Source: Phoronis australis (Eukaryota > Animalia > Phoronida). From it: DNA of 64,000 nucleotides. A program made the translations under genes and the position numbers. A model generated the notes under the pieces. That model did not search any database, was not told the DNA's origin, and saw only the letters and a list, made by a program, of their open reading frames with translations. Shown piece after piece: positions 11,901 through 25,000 of the stretch (position 1 is its first letter; each line of letters starts with the position of its first letter). The stretch is from NCBI GenBank assembly GCA_002633005.1, contig NMRA01000117.1, forward strand, positions 567,653 to 631,652, written 5' to 3'.

Positions 11901-13752
11901 NNNNNNNNNNNNNNNNNNNNNNNNNNNNNNNNNNNNNNNNNNNNNNNNNNNNNNNNNNNNNNNNNNNNNNNNNNNNNNNNNNNNNNNNNNNNNNNNNNNN
12001 NNNNNNNNNNNNNNNNNNNNNNNNNNNNNNNNNNNNNNNNNNNNNNNNNNNNNNNNNNNNNNNNNNNNNNNNNNNNNNNNNNNNNNNNNNNNNNNNNNNN
12101 NNNNNNNNNNNNNNNNNNNNNNNNNNNNNNNNNNNNNNNNNNNNNNNNNNNNNNNNNNNNNNNNNNNNNNNNNNNNNNNNNNNNNNNNNNNNNNNNNNNN
12201 NNNNNNNNNNNNNNNNNNNNNNNNNNNNNNNNNNNNNNNNNNNNNNNNNNNNNNNNNNNNNNNNNNNNNNNNNNNNNNNNNNNNNNNNNNNNNNNNNNNN
12301 NNNNNNNNNNNNNNNNNNNNNNNNNNNNNNNNNNNNNNNNNNNNNNNNNNNNNNNNNNNNNNNNNNNNNNNNNNNNNNNNNNNNNNNNNNNNNNNNNNNN
12401 NNNNNNNNNNNNNNNNNNNNNNNNNNNNNNNNNNNNNNNNNNNNNNNNNNNNNNNNNNNTCTTGTTGTTTTTGAAGCAGCCAGGAACACAAGTGTATCCG
12501 CCGTAAGTTTTCTTCGCGCTCATACCGCGTATTATGCTTGTTACTATGGCCGCTTTCGGAATCCTGACCACAGCACCCACAATGCACCATTTTAACCTAA
12601 TTTCAATATGGCGTCGCTGCAAATCCGCTATTGGTATTTACGGAGTTAGAAATTGTGTTGTTCTGACCGCCTTATCAGAATATTTGTATGTCTAAACGTG
12701 GTATGGTAAAACCTCACCTGGACACAATACACTAGAAATGTGATATTTATTTTCTCATTTTTTCATAAATGATAAATAGCACCAAGTACTACTTAATAAT
12801 TTTGAAGTTCTGTGCCAAAGTTACGGCAACATGTTTTGAAAAGAAGTGGGAATTCACTACAGTGTTGGAAAACTTTGAAAAATGAAAGAAAAGTTCAATT
12901 CCAAGAATTGATTTTTGCTGAATTTGGTGACATTTTGCCATTATTGCTTATGTTCGTATTCTCTAAACATGTGAAATATACTTATGCTGCCATAGTGGAA
13001 TGTACAGTACCACAAGGAACTAATCTAGGCAGATTTTACAATAAATATAATATATTAATTAAATTGTGGTAATATTACAATAATTTGCATTTTGCACGAG
13101 TGTTTTGTCAAAGGCGTAGTGTCAACAGTGACGATTTTTGAGTTGTTCAAACCATTTCAGGAAGTTTGGTGTTCTTGAGCCCGATGCCGTGGCCAAGACA
13201 GTTGTGAATGGTGTCCTCACAGATGTCACTACTGTATATATTCCCAAGAGCGTGGGAGTCGGTGTATTTCTTGGAAAGTGAGTGGAGAAACATGGTTAAT
13301 GCTCCAAGTTACTCTGTAGAGTGAGTGCACTGAGTTTGAAAACTCATACCCAAAAGATGTCTGAACAACTTTTTTGAAAACTTTTTTATTGTGTAGCGGA
13401 AAATGCGAAGTTCAAACATGTCCGTTGTAAGCGACATTTGACAAAACTTCAATTGGTTAGTTGTCGATTCAAACACAGCGTGGTATGGAAAATTTTATAT
13501 TTGAACCAGTAACAACAAACTGCTCAATAAGCACTTATCATACGAATCCAGAGAATATATTGGTAACAAACAGAAATTTTAAAAATATTGTTTTGATATG
13601 TAAAATATAATATGAAGTAATATGTTTGAACATGGGTCCTTAAATACATATAATGCCCTTATTTATTTAGTGTGCTGCCTGAAAAAGTGTCAAAGATTCT
13701 AGCCAAGGGTCCTGGTGCTCATTTCAACTTGACCTCAAAGAAAACTGAATAA
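5912..13752 (+). CDS. Short-chain dehydrogenase/reductase, SDR16C family (retinol dehydrogenase / 17beta-HSD11-like), 6 exons, 299 aa
   Basis: Exons 5912-6121, 9557-9796, 10320-10426, 11139-11282, 13161-13277, 13671-13752. All introns are GT-AG and phases agree (900 nt total). Motifs: N-terminal hydrophobic anchor, TGGGRGLG (TGxxxGxG), [24 protein letters not shown], catalytic YSASK, TTVCP. Confidence 0.93.
6211..8150 (+). mobile_element. Non-autonomous LTR retrotransposon (TRIM) with tRNA-like sequence in both LTRs (Helenus/TRIMp3-like)
   Basis: LTRs 6211-6370 and 7999-8150 are TG...CA direct repeats. 4-bp TSD ttag at 6207-6210 and 8151-8154. PBS tggcatagtcggca (6373-6386) resembles the tRNA-Ser PBS TGGCGTAGTCGGCA. 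PPT agggggaa at 7991-7998. A box tagctgaatgg (6284-6294) and B box ggttcgattcc (6331-6341). No gag/pol ORF. Confidence 0.88.
8707..8860. repeat. Tandem duplication (~85 bp x2)
   Basis: caccttttg..cagttgatatctttaaatc.ttccagctc.aacaatactct occurs twice. Confidence 0.75.
10484..10818. mobile_element. MITE-like element flanked by TTAA (Kolobok-like termini); related copy ends at ~29264
   Basis: Ends are ttaa|aaaggatacc and atatccct|ttaa. The internal block gagtatgagtttttagttgattcctg...ttgacgcc..tgatgcattagca is shared with 29146-29264. Confidence 0.5.
11302..12629 (-). mobile_element. TIR DNA transposon carrying a THAP-domain relic (ISL2EU-like, AT target duplication)
   Basis: Perfect 15-bp TIRs agcggatttgcagcg / cgctgcaaatccgct, flanked by AT (caAT...ATtg). 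The minus strand encodes THAP N-terminus [16 protein letters not shown] (~12523-12470), THAP C-terminus [21 protein letters not shown] (~11757-11690) and a DHSY motif (~11520). Spans the N gap. Confidence 0.75.
11880..12459. other. Assembly gap (run of N)
   Basis: About 580 N. ORFs running through it are artefacts. Confidence 1.
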
Positions 13753-14959
13753 TGAGAGACACGTAGGTTTTAAAATGTTTCACCTCTAAGTAATGTCTGG
13801 ATCTATGTAGTCTGCACATGTTGTTTCAAGTCACTGTGTTATTCAACTTTAGTTCAAAGTTAAACTTTTTGTGTATTGAACAATGTCAGATGATTTTGAA
13901 GCACAGTTAATAACTGAACATTTGAAAATTTGACTCACCTGTTTATTACTTTCAGTGGTAACTTACTTCTTTAATTTGGCTTTGCTTTTTGGTAAGAAGT
14001 CTTCAGTTTGGGAGAAAAATTACTCAAATCGTGAATTTAACATTGCTTGATGGCTTGTTACCAATGCTAAACATTTAAATCAGTATTCTCTGATTACAGC
14101 TGTATTGTGATCTCTGTGTTGACATTGAAGTCAAACTTCCTGAATATTTATTTTGCCAATAAATTGACAGCCTAAATTTCACCATTCATTTATTTTTATA
14201 AAAATACTTTACATTAATATTTTATGTCTGTATTCTTAATTAAAATTTTAAGCATTGTAATGTCACCATAGCTGCACTCTGCTTTCCATCTTGTACCCAA
14301 AAATGAAGACTTTTTACCCATAATTCTTATTTCCTTTGCCTTTCAGTTACTTCCTTCCATACAAGGCCCAGTTGTTATGTGCAGATTACGTTGGAACAGG
14401 TTGGAGGCCACCTTACTACGTACATAAGAAGTGGAAGTGGGGTTGAGACCGCTGGTTTTTGGAATTAATTCAAAGGTTCATTTTACCACAGCTGTGTGCC
14501 CTGAATCACGGGTGAGAGCGTCTTATCTCAGGTTTTCACAGGCACACTGTTCTTTAATAATGTGTTGCGAAGAATTTAGTATTATAGAATCTTGATTACG
14601 CTATTGTATATTTGCATTTTGTTGTGTTAAATTTTCAAAGTTAATAAGGTGATGGAAGGAACTTATGCACAAGATTATCCCTGGTTGTGATTTAGTGAAG
14701 TGATGTTGCATAACGGATTGTTTCATGCAGATAGTGTCCGTTTCTCCAAAAGTAAATTTTTGTCTACTTCCATCTGGCTTTATTAAAGTTATGGCAAAAA
14801 CAGACAAAATATACATTAAATTATTTGAAAATTAGATGAACGTTTTTTTTAAGTCTCATTGATTTATTAAATTTCACTGATTTTCGAGGAGAAGAAATAC
14901 CCACTTTTGTGTTGCTTAGTCAATTGGTGATATTTTGCGTGTTGTGTACTTATCAAAAT

Positions 14960-15214
14960 AACTCTGATTATGTAATATTACTCCCATAAATAATAGGCGT
15001 AAGTTCGGAGTATTGCCAGTTTAGCTGTGACCCAATGCTGTTATTTCATGCCATTTACGTGTTTTGTAGAGAAACTGAAAAATAATATTTAACTCTGTGA
15101 TTATGTAATATTACTCCCATAAATAATAGACACAAGTTCAGAGTATTGCCAGTTTAGCTGTGATCCAATGCTGTTATTTACATGTTTTGTAGAGAAACTG
15201 AAAAATAATATTTA
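14960..15214. repeat. Tandem duplication (~130 bp x2)
   Basis: gattatgtaatattactcccataaataatag...gagaaactgaaaaataatattta occurs twice. Confidence 0.85.
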
Positions 15215-16033
15215 GTGTTGCATTTTAATTGCTTTTAATTTGTTGATATTGAATTTGCTGTTTTATCTTTACCAGAAAGTGTTTCCATTATGAAATTTAA
15301 TTTTCTCCTTATATTCATGAAATTTGTTTCCGAAAACTTTATAATGAATACAGGAGCTTATGTATGTAAAGAGTGATTTTGTGTATAAACATATGTCTCT
15401 TAAGAACAAGTTTTTGTAAATTTAAATTTGTTTTACTTATTACTGTGCAGGGGTCATTTTAGAAAAATGCGAGTATGGGTGAATTGACCCAAACAGCTTC
15501 AAGTCTATGGCCCAATTGGGAGGACCTATGTGCCATGCTTTTTTATCCTTTTTCACTTCCTATTTAAATGGGCCCATTGTCTTGAGATAATCACAGTGTG
15601 TTAATGAAATTATATTTGCTTCAATGATGTGGGGCGCCCTCCTAAAATTATTCTAGCTTCAGGTATGGTTGTGAAAAATAAAAAGTAATTTATGATTACC
15701 CAGTAACTACATTGTAAGATAGGTCAAACCCATAACACATCAAGCCTTGTGGGATCGTTGTGTTATGAGTTATGTGTTTACAAATAAATTATTTTAGCAG
15801 GTTAAAGGCAATAACTTCTGTCCATTCGCATTTACAAACACTGGGGGTTACTGGACTCCTAAATGCTGTTGTAAGACTCTCAGTCTATTTCAGCTAAACA
15901 ATTGACACATTTCAGCAAGAGATGAGATAGGCCCAGCCTACTGTGAGTCGCAGCTGATTGAACAGGGTGGTCAAGTGTTTTTCCACGAGATGTTTCTCCA
16001 GTCTTCTATCTTAGAGAGTGACATACTCTCCGT

Positions 16034-19000
16034 TCACTTTCCAAGGCGAATATTGTCATCTAGCCATCTCCAAACTGTGCTTTCGTGTTTGTTCATCCAA
16101 GAAATGTTTCCACGAATGAGTTCTAATGCTTGGGCTCGTAGTCTCTGTGCTGGGCCGGAGACTGGATGCCTAGCAAAGAATTCCAGCACCTGCAAAAGTA
16201 ATGCATGTTTCGGCTTCCTGAGTTGTGATGTTTAAAACTGCAGTTTGCTCTGTTTAATCTTTTACTTTCATAAAACTGGTCTCGTAATTTTACCTTAGGA
16301 TTCTATTTCCGTTTCTAACAAGAACATTGAAACCACACAACAGAAACTTCAAGGTTTATTGGGGTTGGACAACCCTAAAGTCGCTATTTCGAAGTGGCTC
16401 AAAAATTGTAGGCATTGCCTGCGACTTGTGTTGGTAACGAAAATAGAATCCTGGAATATTATGAGATGATTTTACGAGATTTAATTCGGGTTGTTTTTAG
16501 GCAGCTGAATAGCAAAATGCATCTTTAAAGGTACATACGCCGACTTTTCCTAGATTAAAGAGCTGTTGATTTCTGAATCGGACTAATGCTAAGTTCAGAT
16601 ATTTTTTAGTCTACATATGGGTGCGCTTCAGGTCATTATTTTTGGCGTTTCTTCATTGCGCAGCGATAGGTAATGCCGTGTGCGTTATAGGGCAGACATT
16701 GAAGTTGTAGAGTTCCCGACGCTTAGTGTTTTACCTTGTAAATATCCGCGTCGTTATGATAGTTTATGCAGGTTCTGGTGTTAAAAACTTTTTTTTTTTC
16801 AAACACGTTTGCTCAGCTGAAGCAACTATGCTATGTTTGAATTGAAATTTTGGTTAATGGTAAATTGCCTGGAGTTACCTCAAGGCGACTGAAAATATCG
16901 GTCTGACAAGCAACTTCATGGGCCTCGTCTAAAGTAAATAACAACCTCCCAGTTCTTCTCAAGCCTAGAAATCGTACCTAATCCGAATAAGGAACAAGAG
17001 GAGGCTTATTTCATAATAGTATAAGCGAGACCTGGTTCTTTAGTCCGAAAAGCGAATTGAGCCTTTTACTCTCATAAAATCGGTCTCGTAATATTCCTGA
17101 CCAGGGTAGAATCCTATTCATGTTAACAACAAGAACCTGAGAACCATCAGCGACTCGTGAAAATGTGTCACAGACTGTCTGACCGGGTTGGACAAACTTA
17201 AATTAAAAATGGCGCCGGCATAGGTGGGTATATGTACAGGCTGCCAATGACTTGATTTGGTATTTGAAATAGAATCCTATCACGGTGTGCAATATAATTA
17301 CATCGTGTAAGGTCTATTTCAATTTTCAGCTAAACATATATTAGCTGGTACACGTTGAACCAGACGTGCGCCGGCAGCTCGGGTGGGCCCCTTTCACTGA
17401 TCACCAGCTAATCAGATCGAAATGCAGTTTTAACACAGGATGTCACTGAGACATGCGTCACAGGCAACACATACAAAGAATAATACTGACAGTGCGAATT
17501 CCCTCATAGTCTCAGCAACACTGCATCTTGCTTCACTTTTCATTACAGTCGATGTTTGAAATGCCTACCTCTTGCAGCTGAGTATCTGTGTTGAATAGTC
17601 GAAGAATATAAGATAGTACCCGACCCAGGTATCTGTAGTGGGAACCAATACTGGAAAAAGATGATTATTAATTAATTTATTTATTTTTGATGGGACAAGC
17701 GATGCAAAGCTAAATTGCGTCTCATGGTTTAACTAAAAGTGAAACTTTTCTAAGAGATTCAACAAGTTCAAACTTAAAATAAAAGCAACGGGAACTCACA
17801 TGGCCTCAATAGCCTGATAATTATCCTTCAGCCATGTCCAGAGAACCTCCCGACCAATAGGGTTCTCACTTACGAAGGATATGGCGTACAGGAAGTCTTG
17901 ACGGTAGATCTTTGTATTGTCCATGGTCCAGCTTAGTAACCTAAATAAACACCTTATAATCTAAGCATTTGTCTTTTCCACAAGCCAACCACCGCAAAGG
18001 ATTTTCTTTTATGAAAAAGTCCCAGAACGAAACGTGTTGTATACTTTTATCTTGATCATTATTATAAAAGACTCTCCTCATTAACAGTCTTCTATCGTTT
18101 ACATTAGGCAGTGTGTTATTGTTGTACGTTCATGCTTACCATTATTATAAAGGAAGCATTTCAATAACTGTCTTCTGTCGTTCACATTAGCCATTGTGTT
18201 TTTGTTGTACGTTCATGCTTATTATTATAAAGGACTCGCCTCATTAACAGTCTTCTGTCGTTCACATTAGCCAGTCCATAGAGAAGTTTCATTTTCTCTT
18301 GAATAACACTTTCATTTCTGTATCGCCGATACATGAACTGAAACTCATCTTCGCTACCCAGATATTGCATTCCATACTGGTAAGTCATTAATCGCATGTC
18401 TGGATGCACGCTAAACAATAATTACACAATAAATGACGTAGAAAATATATCTGAAACTAAATAAGGCGATCCAGATCCTCCCAAGGATACTATTGTTTCA
18501 TGAAATGAAGAATATAAATCGGTAAATAAATCAACAAGAATGGGTCAACTGAAATTTGAAATTTTCGGATGTAATAACTTCCTTTGTCAACAGAAATAAA
18601 GTAAAATCAAACACAAAATGACAATAGACTTTTAGGTGGATTCCAATTGCTTTTTTCTTGAAAGAATTAATTTCTAAAGGGGAGTTCTGGTTTTCATCTT
18701 TGGAAGAATTGGCAAAATATGCTGCCAATCTAAGACGTCTAGCGAAAGTGTAAATATCAATTAGTAATTCATCTTTGTCAATATTGGTTTTGGTGGGACA
18801 GAAGTTTAGTCCTTTAGAAAGTAGGCTAACCTAATCATTTTGTGTTTGATTTTACTTTATTTCTGTTTTTGTTGACAAAGGAAGTTATTACATCCGAAAA
18901 TTTCAAATTTCAGTCGATCCATTCTTGTTGTTTTATTTACCGATTTACAATAAATGAAAAATTCAGATCACTTGTTTAATTCACTCATACAGCTTTTGTA

Positions 19001-22000
19001 TATGTCCACGGCACATGTTCTTGTAAGAACTAGAGTTACTTTAAAACATAATGTACAAACACAAGCTGATAGATTTACACGTACTGTTCTTTCCTTAAGA
19101 CTGTCGACAGAATTAAATCACGCTGTGTATACGTTTATCTACATGTATGACCGCGGAACTAGTTTAAATGAGTTTTAATGCACACTAATAAAATAATCTT
19201 CATGGAATGAAATTCAACTTCATCATCGTAGAAAATTCCAAACGTGTCACAGAACTTGTCTAGTGCGTTGGAGGTCGCCTGCGATTCATCTGTTTTGTCA
19301 CAGGTGTACTATACTTACGTTGACCCATTCATCCATTCTCGTAGCTTGTCTCCGGCCATTTGTAAGCAACCTAAGTCACCATGGCTACAGGCAGTGTGAA
19401 TAAGCAAAGTTCGCAAAAACCTAAAACAATCACGATTATCTGTATTTATCTATATTTATGACGATTTCGCTGAATGAAAATTTCGGTAGCTTCACTCAGC
19501 TCGTACAAAGCTACATTGCTTCAGCAGTTAGCAAAAAGAGAGGCCTACGTTCCTTTCACTGCGTAAGCCTAGTGTTTAGCACATGCGGTATGTGTACGCA
19601 TTGTGGCCCATGCACCTGTATGTGCAGGTGTGCTGTTATTTGAATTGAGGTTTAATCATCATGTACGAAACATGTACAAACCATTTCGCCACAGTTTATC
19701 TGTCGCCGAAGTTTTAGCTGAGGCGCTTAGGGGTTTAAAAATGTTACCACGCTCACCCGATCATAAGATGCTGCTGAATGGACCGGCAACTCAAATCGCA
19801 GGCCATGTGCCATTTTCAAAATCGCAATTTTAGGGTTTGTCAGATACCATTTTCTTGAGTCGCTGATGGGTTGCGATGTTCTTTTTAGTAAGGAAATTAA
19901 AATCATGACACGGTAAGAAATACCACGAGACCTATTATATGAGAGGAAAAGTACTAATTCTGTTTTCGGTTTCAGTCAGCTAAACAGGGCGAAATGTAGT
20001 GTTTACTAAGTAAAATTAAAAATCAAGTCTTGAAACGGTGCGATATTGGCGTATTTTCAATATTGAAATCTAGTAAAAATTGTTAAAAGATCTACAAAAA
20101 TCCAGTTTAAGATGTGGTCGTATATGACAAGAAACATTAATGTGCGAAATAAAAATATTTTTTGAGACTGTATTATTTTGAATAACGACGCAAGAGTCTT
20201 AACTTCGCTTTTGTAAAATGCATGTAAGATATATCTGAAGGGAATGAATACTTCTCCAAGTTGTCCCCGTGCTCGTTATTCCACGTGAGGTTTCGTAAGA
20301 CTGGACCACACAATCCAACTATAAACGTCTGAAATACAAAATACGTCAAAGTAAATAGGAAAATAGATTTAAATGTGTTGCTTACAATGGTTGCAATTTA
20401 CGAATGAAAATACGTTAAAATCTCCCCAGTGTTGGGCAAACGCAAACATTGTGTGTGTGCTTTTTAATTTGCTGTGGCCAGTTGAGAGGCTATGTGTTAT
20501 AATATATACATTAGCATAGCGCTTTTGCATTGTTATGTTATCATTTTCTTATGTCGAAAATAAAACACAGCAGCTACGCATTGAATTAGCCGTGTTACAG
20601 CTTTTGTTATATAATATAATTTCATAACTAAAAGCAATTAAACTATACCAAAACAATCTAGAAAACATTGGTAATTGCAAAAATGCGTTTACATTCCATT
20701 TATCGACTAACGGTCTTCCCCGCAGCATTTCCCTGATCTGAGTGATTCCCATGGTTGCGCTCTCCCACGGTAGGTAGTGGTACTCTTTACGTAGGTAGCT
20801 TGCCAAACTGAGGGTAGCGTAGTAGTCCAAGCGGCCACTTCGCGCCAGAGCAAAGGCATCGTTCAATAGACCAGCTCTATCAGACGGCCAAAGCGACTGA
20901 AAATAAGAAAATGATTTTTAAACAGTAAAAACTGTTGCTCGTATCTATACTGTAGTGATGGATATCGCATTTAATTTTCTCTATCTCCACTTTATGGTCA
21001 GAACAGATTAAAATCCCGAAGTCGTGAGGCATTCCTGAAATCTGATTTCCTCATCTTCCGCATGACATCTTCGCTTACATTTTCGCATTTCAATGCTGAT
21101 GTTGCACTGGGCACCGAATAATACAAATTCTCAGATTGATGAGGTTGGAAGCTTTCATCACCATATCCAAAGGGACTTCAGGGTTAGCGATTTAGGAGAA
21201 ATTATTCCCCTTCTTGTTGATTCTGTAGTAAGACATTTTACAGTTGGTCTTGTAAAACATTAGACTGAGTAAAAATATGGATGTTGCGCAAAGCTACTGC
21301 ATATAATAAGTTACTTTTGTTAACTCATTGTGTATTTTGAGTTGAGACCTTCTTAAAGCTATTAGTATAGTGTGCTAATTACATTTTAAAGTTAACAGAG
21401 TCACCTAACTAAACGTTATCATCAACACTTGACAAAACAAGAAACGAAAATAACATGCAATAAAAATAATAAAGAGTCATGAAAATATGCAAATAAAAAT
21501 GGTTAAAAAATAAAACGTACATGTAACCGAAGATATACATAAAAAATGGATTTGCTAGAAACCGATGAATACCTTAGTAATTGAAACAGATTTAAAAATC
21601 TCAATATACTATTTATAATAAGAGATGTTAAGTGGAGTATACATCTATGCACCATTTATTTTTATTTTCTCCAGTCACTGAACGTCGATGGACGTCGCAC
21701 TGCAATCAGTTCTATTGAAAAGCACCAGTACATTTAGATTACGAACGATCTCCAGCCTCACACCAGTTTCTGCCCAAGGGCATTTGTCACATAAAGTATT
21801 ATCAGGGTAATGGAACTAACAAGGTCACCTTCATAAACAAAGTGGTCGTCATCACAAAAAGCAATGCATGTCATTTCGTTGCGACAGTCACTAAACCACG
21901 ATATGATAGAACAAGTGAGAAATTCACTCACATCGATATCACGATTAAGGATATCGGCGAACTTCATCCACTCCGATGTAGGATAATTGACCCGGTAATA

Positions 22001-25000
22001 ACCCGTCACGTTCACGTTAAACTTGATCCAACCCGAATTGGTGCTGACGTTCATCGGGGAAACAAAGGTGACTGAAAAAATATAGCTATTATCATGGTTA
22101 TGACTCTTCATAAATGGAGGGGATAATGTTTCCTTTAACCCGTTCTGTATAATTTATTATTCCAACCAGATACTGACCTAATGGAAAAGATGCATATTCC
22201 GGGTAGGCATATTTTGACCGACCTAATGGAAAAAATGCATATTCCGGGTAGGCATATTTTGACCGACCTAATGGAAAACATGCATGTTCCGGGTAGGCAT
22301 ATTTTGATACAATTGATTGCTCACGAAGACGGAACTCACGTTAGGAAATACTGCCAACGAATTCTTAAAATATCTTTGAGGTGGTGATGTAGTATAATTG
22401 TTTCTAATTTCTACTGGTCTATTTACACCTATCTCAGGTAGCACATTTAAGTTGGCAACTGAGACCTATCGGTAGGTCATTTCTCTGGCCGCCAGTAATT
22501 GTCTAGTGATTAGCCAGAGTGATGTATTAACAACTAGAAGACACCAGGTTCAAACCCTGTCGTACACCAGACAGAGCAAAGAGCCCAAGTGCCCACCACG
22601 AGTGTACCCATTCTTTGTCCTCTAAGAACACTGTAACATCTGAAGATGACCGGAGAAATGGCCGAACGAAACGTCGTGCCAATGTAAATAGGCTGGAGGT
22701 GGGTGTAAAGCAATTTTAATGTCATAGACAACATACTGGCTGGAATGCAATAATAACACTTCACTTACTGTCGCCCATCTCCATCCATTTTGTCACCTGA
22801 GTTTTGTCGTGTGACGTCACATAATGCAAGGGAACAAACCACTTATACCTGTGGAAATGAGGTTAGACCAGTGATCACGGTTATAGATGTTTGGTAGAAC
22901 TGTTGTAGACTTTGAAAATCACATTTCAGTTTGCAATATAACACTTTTTACATGTCCACCTCACTACACGTTGTGTCCTACTTCAGCTTTCAAAAGGAAT
23001 CAAAACATATTATTTACCTATTGTTAATGCAACGCCAAGTAATTCATTGGTAATATTTTTGTTACGTTGCAAACAAATGATTACCAAATCGACATTTTCA
23101 AAAGCTCGGATAACCTAAGTGCAAACAATGGATACTTTTTCAATTCTTGCATGATATCTACATTGTACAAATTTAACTAGTCAAAGATTAAATTTTTATT
23201 AACGTTAATTTCAAAGTAAAATTTCACTTGTTAGCCATATCTTGTGCTCGACAGATGATAATTTATCGTGTAAAATTGAATGGTCTATCAATGAAAGCAC
23301 TCTACCCTGACGCAACTTAATTTTGTAATGGATCATATTTTAATGAATTATATTCTTAATTATATTATAACTTATACATGTTTGGTTTGTGGTTTAATGA
23401 TATTAATATTCTGTATCTTAAAGCGGCTATAAACCCACCTTACATAAGAAAACCTCTATGCAGACCATTTACAGTTACAAAATTGGAATGAACTTTTTCC
23501 TTAGTCAAAAAGTACGTGATTTCAGGGGTTAGAAAGAACTGACAGACCATTAGACTACGGCAAGGCTGCACAAGCTGGCTTGTCACGGCCTGCACTAACC
23601 ATTAGACTATGGCAAGGCTGCACCAGTTGGCTTGTCACGGCCTCCACTAACCATTAGCCTATGGCAAGGCTGCACAAGCTGGCTTGTCACGGCGTGCACT
23701 AACCATTAGACTATGGCAAGGCTGCATCAGTTGACTTGTCATGGCCTGCAGTTATTTTATGCTCCACGCATGCTAGTAGGCCTAGTTATACATGGCCCTA
23801 AGAGGTATTATTTCGAGGATCCCTGTGAGGTCCCACGAAGACGCCCAAAAAGTGGTCACGCCTCCCAGAAGGTCACTGAGTTAAAGGTCAATGAGGAGTC
23901 GTCGCCATTTTGCATGTGAGGACGTGTCGTCATTAAATTGTTTTACGTCATGATCTAAAAATAGATGGACGGAAAAAAAGTGTCACTTGAACAGTATCTG
24001 GTGATGCTTATGAGTATGGTTTGATTCCACACAAACAATAGTGGTTTTCTATATTTAATATATATTTATTAAACAAACAAGACGATCAATACAGATTTAC
24101 ACTCAGAACAAATCGACGGCAGTAGGCCCTACTACGCTGAGAGGTCACAGCAACCTAATTGGCAAAAAAGCTAAGCCGCATACAAACACAGGTTGGCCAG
24201 CCACGAGGTGGCATACAGGAGAACGTACATGTGCCAAAAATGTGGAAAGAGCTATACGAGGTATTGCACACATGTAATGTTCTGATACATGTCATGAGTT
24301 TTAATACACGTTTTATCAAGACCAGAATGTGAAGAATAGTCATTACATTAAGAAGTCGAAGTTCTCAAAGCGTTTAGTTTTTCAAGTTCATCAGTGTTAA
24401 AACGTTACTGTTCTTCTTCATGCAGTGTTGATGATTGCTGTTTTCGTTTTTTTAGGAGCGACCATAACACAAACGGGCCCACGTGGGCTTGAAAATGCTA
24501 AGTAAGTTATATGCGACCTCTGTAGGAGGAGTTTTTCAAGTTTGCAACAGATCAAAATGCATTGCCAAGGTTACGCGTTTTGTTATTGCCGTTTATTTTC
24601 AACTCATTTCTCACCTCATTAAGTAAAATGTGCGATAGGAGCTAGATTTGAAATCAGACAGAACACTAAACTCGCTCAAAATAGACGTTCGATTACAGCC
24701 GCATGTTCCCACGTAGCTGCACCTGACCTCGTGCGGTAACACCAGCAGAGCGATTAGATTGTTGGAACACGATCAAACCATCCACCACCCGACAGGGTCA
24801 CGTGGTGTTACGGCGGATATCAAGAGGACTTCAAACGTACGTATGGAACATGTGAATCTTAGCGAGGGATAGTCGGATCCAGAAGATTTCGTCCCACGAC
24901 TTTGATGGTTGAATTAGACAGTAGTGTGACTAAATTGTTTACATAAAAGAGACACTATCGGAACGTGACGGTGATTTTGCAGGCACAAAACTTGTTTTTA

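Noticed and set aside
11828-12622. Long ORFs of 200-260 aa
   Set aside because: They are read through the N gap; only the short THAP-like start is informative.
20240-20252. Possible U12-type intron (donor GTATTCATT)
   Set aside because: It deviates from GTATCCTT and I saw no TCCTTAAC branch point near the 19421 acceptor; treated as a weak U2 donor.
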